IMG/VR virus record: IMGVR_UViG_3300032274_000029
Coordinates: 1-34,459 of that record
Length of the DNA stretch: 34,459 nucleotides
Direction: 5' to 3' (one strand)
From: a virus
Taxonomy: Duplodnaviria > Caudoviricetes
A program made the translations under genes and the position numbers. The notes below the pieces were generated by a model. The model did not search any database and was not told where the DNA came from. It saw only the letters and a list, made by a program, of their open reading frames with translations. Below are positions 28,029 to 34,459 of the stretch, in pieces; the first letter of the stretch is position 1, and every line of letters begins with the position of its first letter.

Positions 28029-28036
28029 TATATTCG
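28029..28036 (+). promoter_or_regulatory. putative early promoter -7 box (TATATTCG) preceded by phased AGAC repeats
   Basis: one mismatch to TAnnTTTG; upstream of first + strand gene. Confidence 0.45.
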
Positions 28037-28093
28037 TATGGGGATATTCCCACATTAAATGAGTTAACATAAATAACTGAAAATCAACAAATT

Positions 28094-28363
28094 ATGAGAG
28101 ATTTAAACAACAAATCAAGTCAAAGGCATCTGATTACTGCCATCACTAAGAAGCATCAATCGATGGTAAACAGAGCATGTCAATGGCTAATCAAGTACAA
28201 TGAATCGAATGACCAAAGAGATTTAGCTGACAACAATGGGGATGAAAAGATGTACAGAAAGTACGATAGATTATGTGAAAAAGCATGGGACAAGTACGAG
28301 GATTACACATCCGAATTACCATCTAGAGAAGTAGCACAAATCGAGAAATCAGAATTATATTAA
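28094..28363 (+). CDS. hypothetical early protein
   Basis: 89-aa ORF with A-rich leader. Confidence 0.75.
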   Translation: MRDLNNKSSQRHLITAITKKHQSMVNRACQWLIKYNESNDQRDLADNNGDEKMYRKYDRLCEKAWDKYEDYTSELPSREVAQIEKSELY

Positions 28364-28383
28364 TCAAATAAAAACTAGAAATT

Positions 28384-28791
28384 ATGAGAACAAGAAATGG
28401 AAGTAGAGCAACAAAAGGATTTAAGAACAGAGAGATGAATGATGATACCTACAAGCTAAGAAGAGCAGTAATGACAATCATTTATGAATTCAAGCACAGA
28501 TACGATATACCAAGACAAACAATCAGAATCGTAGATAGAGTACATGGGGAAGAAACACATGATGGATGGCATAGAGTTATTGGGTATGCAGGTATGGGTC
28601 AAAACTATGTACATATCCGAGGAGATTGGGCAGGAAAGAGTAGAGCAAAATTACTGCCATTAGTAGCACATGAGATATGCCATTCGGTTAAGGCAATCAA
28701 TCACGATGATGACTGCAAGTTGATGTCACCAACAATTGTAGATATGACTGAAGATGAAGTATGGAAAGCATGTGACAAGTATCTAAGCTAG
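28384..28791 (+). CDS. zinc metallopeptidase-like protein
   Basis: AHEICHSVKAINH...CKLM (HExxH + third His + Met-turn-like). Confidence 0.65.
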   Translation: MRTRNGSRATKGFKNREMNDDTYKLRRAVMTIIYEFKHRYDIPRQTIRIVDRVHGEETHDGWHRVIGYAGMGQNYVHIRGDWAGKSRAKLLPLVAHEICHSVKAINHDDDCKLMSPTIVDMTEDEVWKACDKYLS

Positions 28792-28857
28792 TCTCTTTGA
28801 AGAGACAAACTGCAGGTGTCATGGATGACCTTGAGCAAAGCGAAATTGCTACCTGCA
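28791..28857 (+). ncRNA. 16-bp palindrome followed by a three-way-junction RNA motif
   Basis: GTCTCTTTGAAGAGAC, then TGCAGGT/ACCTGCA enclosing GTCA/TGAC and AGCAA/TTGCT hairpins. Confidence 0.55.
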
Positions 28858-28889
28858 TCTAATTTTAATCATTTAAAACAGAGTAAATT

Positions 28890-29525
28890 ATGAGAGAACA
28901 TTTATTACAGATTGAGAATGATTTCCTAGCATCATCAGAGGTTAGGAGTCACATGAACATCGCAAGGATTGATGCCTTGGCGATGGACATCAAAGACAAG
29001 CGAAAAAGTCAATTTGACCAATCGCTGAAGTTTGCAAAGCTAGTCAAAGCTAGTTACGATTGGTTTAAGTCTGAGGATGGTCAAACCACGTTTAACGACA
29101 ATGGATTGACATGGACAAATGAAGATTTTTACACCAAAGCAATTTGCATCAGCAAAGCACATTTCTACAGAGTTATCAAGGTAGCTAAGATTTGCGAAGA
29201 GAATCCACAGATTGTGACCAAGTACAAGCGAGAATGCACTGCTGAAGAGAATGCAGGTAATCCGACTGAGCGTAGTGTAGCTGAGTTAATCAAGAGAGCA
29301 AATGGCACAAGTACTAGCCAAGATGAGAACGAATCATCTACCGAAACATTGGTAACATTTTCGATGAAGAAAACCATGTTTGAAGATGGTAGAGGATTAT
29401 CGATAAGAATCTTATCTGATGGAGAGATTAAGACAAGTGGTGATGCACATGGAAAGATATCAGATGCGATGATGGAGCAGTTAAAAGCTATCTCAGTAGC
29501 GATTATTAATTCTAACAATAATTAG
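28890..29525 (+). CDS. hypothetical protein, possible HTH DNA-binding
   Basis: 211 aa; FYTKAICISKAHFYRVIKVA resembles an HTH recognition helix. Confidence 0.6.
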   Translation: MREHLLQIENDFLASSEVRSHMNIARIDALAMDIKDKRKSQFDQSLKFAKLVKASYDWFKSEDGQTTFNDNGLTWTNEDFYTKAICISKAHFYRVIKVAKICEENPQIVTKYKRECTAEENAGNPTERSVAELIKRANGTSTSQDENESSTETLVTFSMKKTMFEDGRGLSIRILSDGEIKTSGDAHGKISDAMMEQLKAISVAIINSNNN

Positions 29526-29527
29526 TT

Positions 29528-30493
29528 ATGATACATACACCAAAAGACGAAATCAAGTACGAAAAGACTAACGATTCATCGAGGGCATCATTATGTGGAT
29601 ATCATCATTCACCATCACCAAGAGAAATGCATAAGGGTGCAAAGTCTCATGATGTGCAGGGATTGAAGAAGAGAGATTTAGATAACCTGCTAACGATAGA
29701 TGGCGATTACACATCTAAGTTCACCATTGGAATTGAGATTGAGAAGAGCAGATTCTATCGCAGGGTTTACGAGGAGTTGAATTTAATCAAAGGATATGAG
29801 GAAGATGGGTCATGTGGATATGAAGCAATCACCAATATCCTGCCATTATTACCTGCATCGATTTGGAGACAAAAAGTCTTTAATATGGTTCATGAGGCAA
29901 AGTACATTATCGAGGATAGATATTCACCATCTAATAGTGATTGTGGTGGTCATATTACCATTGCATGTAATGGGATGGATTCAACTGAATTGCATCAACG
30001 ATTAAGAAAGCATGCAGGTATATTGTATGCGATGTTTCAGAGACGATTGAAGAATAGTTATTGCAGGCATAATATGAGAATGCTAAAGACTGAAGTAACA
30101 GGTAACAGGTGGAGACCTGCAAGAGAATTAGCAGGTGTTGATTACCAAGGTGATTTCCATCACAAGTATCAAGTTTGTCTTGACAAAGGCAATGGATTGG
30201 TAGAGTTTAGATTGCCATCTAGATTCACATCTGTAAAGCAAACCATGAGACGATATGAGTTGATGTATATCTTAATGGATGTGGCAGTAAATAAGCCTCG
30301 TACAAGCCATGAATCATTGATGAAAAGGGTTAAGCCTATCTTGATGTCGATGTACGAGAGAAACGAGGAGAAAGTAGCTTATGTGATGTCTCAAGCGAAA
30401 CATTACAGAGACTTTATTTTGAATGGCAGAATCCATCATGATATCTCTGAGTTTACTAGAAGTTATCAATACACCATCAGCAGAAATCGGTAA
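29528..30493 (+). CDS. putative amidoligase (COOH-NH2 ligase, glutamine-synthetase-like fold)
   Basis: FTIGIEIE, EDGS..YE, CGGHITI, KY, VEFR motifs in order. Confidence 0.8.
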   Translation: MIHTPKDEIKYEKTNDSSRASLCGYHHSPSPREMHKGAKSHDVQGLKKRDLDNLLTIDGDYTSKFTIGIEIEKSRFYRRVYEELNLIKGYEEDGSCGYEAITNILPLLPASIWRQKVFNMVHEAKYIIEDRYSPSNSDCGGHITIACNGMDSTELHQRLRKHAGILYAMFQRRLKNSYCRHNMRMLKTEVTGNRWRPARELAGVDYQGDFHHKYQVCLDKGNGLVEFRLPSRFTSVKQTMRRYELMYILMDVAVNKPRTSHESLMKRVKPILMSMYERNEEKVAYVMSQAKHYRDFILNGRIHHDISEFTRSYQYTISRNR

Positions 30494-30500
30494 TGGTAAA

Positions 30501-30534
30501 ATGTGGGGTGTCTCTTCGAAGAGACATCCTGCAT
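30501..30534 (+). repeat. extended hairpin containing the 16-bp palindrome (30510-30525)
   Basis: 15-bp stem with three G-U pairs, UCGA loop. Confidence 0.8.
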
Positions 30535-30584
30535 CTGTATCGAGATGTGCATCTCGGCTGACGATTCCAAAAGGATGAAACAGA
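30534..30584 (+). ncRNA. type III hammerhead ribozyme (predicted cleavage after GUA, 30539)
   Basis: UCUG-UA, stem I UCGAGAU/AUCUCGG, CUGACGA, stem II UCC/GGA, GAAA, CAGA. Confidence 0.8.
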
Positions 30585-30602
30585 AATCATTAAAATTAAA
30601 TT

Positions 30603-30911
30603 ATGAGAGAACAAATCAAATGCAACAACAGTGAATGCAATGGTATTCACAAGGTATCTTCAGTTAGAAATTGGGATGATACCATGGGTACATATGTAGA
30701 AAGATGTACAGAGTGCGAAATCAAGTACACTAGAGCATGGGGTCAAGAGGAGCATACTGAGTTTATGCGATGGATGATGAGTGACAACGTCATCAGAGTA
30801 AAGTCAGAGGGAAAACCTTATTGGTCAAGTCAAGATGCCATGTACAGAAACAAATTTTACACCATGTTAGATGCATGGAATTATTACAAAAAAGAATTTT
30901 TAATTTACTAA
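30603..30911 (+). CDS. hypothetical protein with CxxxxC...CxxC Zn-finger-like N-terminus
   Basis: 102 aa; CNNSEC...CTEC. Confidence 0.7.
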   Translation: MREQIKCNNSECNGIHKVSSVRNWDDTMGTYVERCTECEIKYTRAWGQEEHTEFMRWMMSDNVIRVKSEGKPYWSSQDAMYRNKFYTMLDAWNYYKKEFLIY

Positions 30912-30922
30912 TATTTATAGTT

Positions 30923-31114
30923 ATGAGAACATTTACAGAGTACGCAATTTTATTTTACACGTTAGCCATAGCATTGTTATTATGCGAGATGGCATGGAAC
31001 GGAATCGAGACCTATCACAATGGGCATTTATCATTTGTTGCAGTAGCAATGATTGGGGATGTAATCCTGCTAGCATTATTGAAGTTTACTAATCCTAAAA
31101 ACAAGAAGTCATGA
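30923..31114 (+). CDS. small 2-TM membrane protein (start 30923)
   Basis: two hydrophobic segments, basic C-terminus. Confidence 0.65.
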   Translation: MRTFTEYAILFYTLAIALLLCEMAWNGIETYHNGHLSFVAVAMIGDVILLALLKFTNPKNKKS

Positions 31115-31278
31115 ACAAAATACTAAATCACATTGTATTGCCAAGTGGATTGCATGCTTTACATATAGAGCAGGAAAACACAACGTCTATCAGGATAGAA
31201 ATCCTAACGGAAGAAGAGTACCAACATTTTACATGGTGGGAAAAAATATTAATGAAATTTAATCTAAGACAATCATGA
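31111..31278 (+). CDS. hypothetical protein (55 aa)
   Basis: manual translation; ATGA overlaps on both sides. Confidence 0.6.
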   Translation: MNKILNHIVLPSGLHALHIEQENTTSIRIEILTEEEYQHFTWWEKILMKFNLRQS

Positions 31279-31454
31279 GAAAAATAAGAGAATCATCTAC
31301 CAAATCGGTTGCACAAAGTTGGTTAGACCATTTTAGAAATGTAGCTAGAACAAACAGATATGCAAAAGGAAACGAGTACAAGATGACAGAAGAGACTAGG
31401 GTCAATACTCTAGGATTCAAAATAACATATTACATTATTAACCAAATCAAATAA
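31275..31454 (+). CDS. hypothetical protein (59 aa)
   Basis: manual translation MRKIRESSTK... Confidence 0.6.
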   Translation: MRKIRESSTKSVAQSWLDHFRNVARTNRYAKGNEYKMTEETRVNTLGFKITYYIINQIK

Positions 31455-31456
31455 CA

Positions 31457-31771
31457 ATGAGAATTACTAAAAAACAAAAACAGATTTACAAGGCACATCT
31501 TGATGCCTTTATGAACGACAATTTTGATGTCAAACATTTCGCTAAAAAGGATGACATTGAAATGGATTCAATCATCAGATTACACGAACTATTATCCAAA
31601 GGTAAAACCTGCAAGTCATTGTGGGAATACTTATGGGAAGCAAACGTTAGCATAGAGAGTCAATTGATGGCATCTAACGAGGTTTTAAGGCATGTAAGCA
31701 ACAAAGCTAAGAAAGATTCAAGAGATGCTTTTAGAGACTTTTTAAATAAACCAATGTTAAATATAAGATAA
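31457..31771 (+). CDS. hypothetical protein
   Basis: 104-aa ORF in tightly packed operon. Confidence 0.7.
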   Translation: MRITKKQKQIYKAHLDAFMNDNFDVKHFAKKDDIEMDSIIRLHELLSKGKTCKSLWEYLWEANVSIESQLMASNEVLRHVSNKAKKDSRDAFRDFLNKPMLNIR

Positions 31772-31773
31772 TC

Positions 31774-32082
31774 ATGGAACAGACAATTATTAAGTACGCA
31801 AGAAAGTGTGACATCACTAGCGAAGGCATGAACGAAGGTTACTGCATACTAGATGGAATGATGTATATAAAAAACGATTTTGATATGTTACAACATATTA
31901 CAGATGAAACCGATTACAATGATATTGAAGAGGCATATGAGGATGACTACTACTACTACACCGATTGGTTTGATACGATTGAGGAAGAAGATGAGTGGTA
32001 CACAGAGGATGGAAGTCTGATGAAAGATATGGGTGAAACTTGCAGGAATGGTAAGGAATGGGAAAAATGCGATTGTTGTTAA
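31774..32082 (+). CDS. acidic hypothetical protein
   Basis: very D/E/Y-rich, ends CDCC. Confidence 0.7.
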   Translation: MEQTIIKYARKCDITSEGMNEGYCILDGMMYIKNDFDMLQHITDETDYNDIEEAYEDDYYYYTDWFDTIEEEDEWYTEDGSLMKDMGETCRNGKEWEKCDCC

Positions 32083-32084
32083 TT

Positions 32085-32288
32085 ATGAAAGCGACAATTA
32101 AATTCAGAACAGACAGAGCAACTGATTGGTATGTTACCAGGGAGTTTGCTGACGAGAAACATTTAGACAATTACATTGGATACATATGTAGGACAAAGCA
32201 AGGCTACCTATGTGACGAAGTCTTTTACGATAGTGTAAAGGATGCAGAAGAACGTCATTGGGATACAGAGACCGTAAATCAAGATTAG
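32085..32288 (+). CDS. hypothetical protein (start 32085)
   Basis: AATTATG start context; precedes terminator. Confidence 0.65.
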   Translation: MKATIKFRTDRATDWYVTREFADEKHLDNYIGYICRTKQGYLCDEVFYDSVKDAEERHWDTETVNQD

Positions 32289-32302
32289 GGTTACACCTAA
32301 CT

Positions 32303-32341
32303 AAAAAAAAGCCTATGCGATAATTTGCATAGGCTTTTTTT
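32303..32341. terminator. bidirectional Rho-independent terminator
   Basis: A8-GCCTATGC...GCATAGGC-T7. Confidence 0.85.
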
Positions 32342-32396
32342 ATTGCCCATTATGGGCTAAAAATTCCCATTTGGGGAATGATGTCATATCTTCTTA

Positions 32397-32549
32397 CTAA
32401 GAAAGGATTGAGTACAATTGCAGGTAGTTTAGTCTACTGCAAAAATTAGGCTTGGCAGTATGCCATCTCTTGCCATGTAAATCCATAGCATGTTGCTTTA
32501 CGTTTATCTTCTGTTGCACAGATAGATTTGACCATTTAAAATTTTCCAT
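32397..32549 (-). CDS. small counter-oriented protein (50 aa, MENFKWSNLSVQQK...)
   Basis: manual translation; own -7 box TACATTTG (32566-32573); ends before bidirectional terminator. Confidence 0.55.
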   Translation of the reverse strand: MENFKWSNLSVQQKINVKQHAMDLHGKRWHTAKPNFCSRLNYLQLYSILS

Positions 32550-32574
32550 AATATTTTGTTTGATACAAATGTAA

Positions 32575-32621
32575 AATGCATTAGTGCATATTTAATGCAC
32601 AGATTAATGCATTAGTGCATA
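32575..32621. repeat. direct repeat AATGCATTAGTGCATA x2 (31-bp spacing), five TGCA cores
   Basis: seen directly. Confidence 0.8.
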
Positions 32622-32702
32622 AAAAGATCAGTTTAGGGAATTGTTAGGGAGTCCCTAAGCCAATGATAGCAAGGAATAGTTGCCTATGTCTAATTTTTGT
32701 CT

Positions 32703-32710
32703 TATATTTG
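32703..32710 (+). promoter_or_regulatory. -7 promoter box (TATATTTG)
   Basis: upstream of GATase-GGCT gene; embedded in phased GTCT repeats. Confidence 0.6.
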
Positions 32711-32731
32711 TCTAATATTAATCAGAAGTCT

Positions 32732-32747
32732 GTCTCTTCAAAGAGAC
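32732..32747. repeat. 16-bp palindrome GTCTCTTCAAAGAGAC
   Basis: seen directly, between promoter and ATG 32769. Confidence 0.9.
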
Positions 32748-32768
32748 TCTTCGCAAATCAGAATGCAC

Positions 32769-33836
32769 ATGTGTGTAATTATTATCAAACAGAAAGGCGA
32801 GGTAATGCCTAGAGAAATTGCCAAAACATCTAGTAAGATTAATCCTCATGGATTAGGAATTGTATGGCTCGATACATTCGAGGTAACTTATCACAAATCA
32901 AGCGAGTATCAGTTACTACTCACCAACAGACCTTTTATTGCTCACTTTAGATATGCTACCATTGGTGTTGTGTCTAAGGCTAATACGCATCCATTCAGAT
33001 GTGGCAACAACGTAGATGAGTTGCTCATGCAGAATGGTACAGTAAAAGGTTACGGCTCAAGTAAAATGACTGACTCAGAAGACTTAGCAATTAGGTTGGG
33101 AGATGTTCCTCGTGAACAATGGAAACAATCATTAGAGAAATTTGACTCAAGGTTTGTTACCATCAACACAAGAACAAGAACATTTCAAATGTACAACAGA
33201 GACCTATGGGTAAAACGTGGTGACATTTGGTATTCTAAACCAAACGTGTTGCAGGACAATCTTGTGGCTACGTATGGCACACTTAAAAAAGGCGAGAGCA
33301 ATCATCACTATGTACGAACTGCAAAGTACGTAGGAAGAGGTAAAACAGTTCAGAGGTATCCATTGGTCATCAATGGATTGCCATTCCTTTATAAAGAGGC
33401 AGGTGTTGGTTATCAAGTAGAGGTTGATGTATTCAAGGTTAGTGATTCAAGGTTAGAAAGAATGGATGCTTTAGAAAGTCACCCAAGATGGTACAAGCGA
33501 GAGCAGGTACTAATCGAGGTTGATGGTAAAGAGTTGACTTGTTGGGTATACTTTATGACTGATGCTAGAAACAAGCGTGAAGACCTGCATAAAAGTTTCA
33601 GCAGAAAACACAAGTCTAAATTCAGAACTCAATACACATTCGATAGCTTGTATAACATAGCTGATGAAGTTGATGAGGTTGAGCAGGCATCACTGTTTGA
33701 TTCAGTGTCGATAGAAGACGAAACTCCGTACTGTACGAATTGCTTTCACGACTTAGAGTATGATGGTTTCTCTCATTACCATTGTAACGGATGTGACTCG
33801 TGGTTCACAGAGACAGAGGCACAGTCTTCTATCTAA
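32769..33836 (+). CDS. class II glutamine amidotransferase fused to gamma-glutamylcyclotransferase and a C-terminal Zn ribbon
   Basis: M-C N-terminus, NPHGLG, HFRYAT, NTHPF, (Q)NG; YGTLKKG..NH...MDALE..P.WYKR; CTNC...CNGC. Confidence 0.85.
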   Translation: MCVIIIKQKGEVMPREIAKTSSKINPHGLGIVWLDTFEVTYHKSSEYQLLLTNRPFIAHFRYATIGVVSKANTHPFRCGNNVDELLMQNGTVKGYGSSKMTDSEDLAIRLGDVPREQWKQSLEKFDSRFVTINTRTRTFQMYNRDLWVKRGDIWYSKPNVLQDNLVATYGTLKKGESNHHYVRTAKYVGRGKTVQRYPLVINGLPFLYKEAGVGYQVEVDVFKVSDSRLERMDALESHPRWYKREQVLIEVDGKELTCWVYFMTDARNKREDLHKSFSRKHKSKFRTQYTFDSLYNIADEVDEVEQASLFDSVSIEDETPYCTNCFHDLEYDGFSHYHCNGCDSWFTETEAQSSI

Positions 33837-33842
33837 TCATTT

Positions 33843-33866
33843 GGGAGTCTCTTCAAAGAGACTCCT
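33843..33866 (+). repeat. hairpin containing 16-bp palindrome GTCTCTTCAAAGAGAC (33847-33862)
   Basis: GGGAGTCTCT/AGAGACTCCT. Confidence 0.85.
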
Positions 33867-33867
33867 T

Positions 33868-33918
33868 TCTGTTTACAGATGAGTGTCTGTACTGATGATT
33901 CTGAAAAGATGAAACAGA
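33868..33918 (+). ncRNA. type III hammerhead ribozyme (predicted cleavage after GUU, 33873)
   Basis: UCUG-UU, stem I UACAGAU/GUCUGUA, CUGAUGA, stem II UCU/AGA, GAAA, CAGA. Confidence 0.8.
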
Positions 33919-33943
33919 TTGGTTAAATTAAATTTTTTAAATT

Positions 33944-34183
33944 ATGAGTTTTACTCACACAAAAATTGAAGAGGCAAAATCCCTGCTAAAAGAGGCAGGT
34001 TATTTTACCGACAATCTTTGGCATGTAGATGATGTCCAAAGACAAGTTAAGCACATCAATGATGATGATGCTCAAGAAGTATTAGACATGGCTCTAACGA
34101 ATGAATTCGTCATGGAGTCTGTACACCAAGCAATCACATTTGCAATCAGGGAGATGAATCTTAAACTAGAGTACAATGAGTAA
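33944..34183 (+). CDS. hypothetical protein
   Basis: 79 aa, LWHVDDV motif. Confidence 0.7.
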   Translation: MSFTHTKIEEAKSLLKEAGYFTDNLWHVDDVQRQVKHINDDDAQEVLDMALTNEFVMESVHQAITFAIREMNLKLEYNE

Positions 34184-34367
34184 GGTTTATTACAAGGTAA
34201 GGTATGCTAAGAAACTAATCAAGCTAGTGTTAGCTGATTCTAAGTGGCATGCCATAGAGCAGGTGTACAGTCAGAACAAAGAGCATTATCCTTGGCTTGA
34301 GAGGTCTAAATTTAGTGCAGTTATTAACGATGCTAGGGCATCTAAAAGCTATTGGAAAACAAGATGA
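34176..34367 (+). CDS. hypothetical protein
   Basis: 63-aa ORF overlapping neighbours. Confidence 0.6.
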   Translation: MSKVYYKVRYAKKLIKLVLADSKWHAIEQVYSQNKEHYPWLERSKFSAVINDARASKSYWKTR

Positions 34368-34459
34368 AGTATCAAGTAAAATGTATGACAACAGACGATG
34401 TTCTGTTTGAATCACACGACAGACAAGAGTGTGGCGAATGGATAGACTACGAAGGTTTA
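34364..34459 (+). CDS. hypothetical protein, partial
   Basis: ATGA overlap; open to window edge. Confidence 0.5.
   Translation, partial: MKYQVKCMTTDDVLFESHDRQECGEWIDYEGL

Noticed and set aside
28811-28857. tRNA gene
   Set aside because: Only 47 nt, with no anticodon arm and no TTCRA T-loop or CCA
32697-32768. N-terminal extension of the GATase fusion
   Set aside because: Class II GATases need an N-terminal Cys (M-C at 32769), and the extension covers the promoter and palindrome
29165-34415. Minus-strand ORFs 29165, 31898, 33204, 34230 and alternate-frame ORF 29796
   Set aside because: They overlap better-supported + strand genes
1-34459. Stop-codon reassignment, introns or inteins
   Set aside because: Genes are intact and tightly packed in the standard code using TAA, TAG and TGA; no obvious insertions in terL, portal or groEL

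Overview
A 34.5-kb AT-rich segment of a tailed dsDNA bacteriophage. Repeated TAnnTTTG -7 promoter boxes point to a Bacteroidota (probably Flavobacteriia) host. The left ~27.5 kb is transcribed almost entirely on the minus strand. It holds a GroEL/GroES pair, a cluster of small Lys/Arg-rich proteins, tail-appendage genes, a lysis cassette (holins plus peptidase M15 endolysin), a GroES-like protein, terminase, portal, scaffold, major capsid protein and podovirus-type tail proteins. After a repeat-rich non-coding switch region (~27.0-28.1 kb), the right ~6.5 kb is an early-type region on the plus strand, with small ORFs, an HExxH peptidase, an amidoligase and a GATase-GGCT fusion. The most striking content is non-coding. 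A 16-bp palindrome GTCTCTTYRAAGAGAC occurs 6 times plus one near-copy. In two places it is directly followed by a type III hammerhead ribozyme with covarying stems, and in a third by a three-way-junction RNA. A three-fold symmetric RNA (3 x CAAUUAGG) sits before a terminator at 17.3 kb, and there are several iteron/operator-like arrays. All calls come from reading the sequence by eye; no database searches were run.
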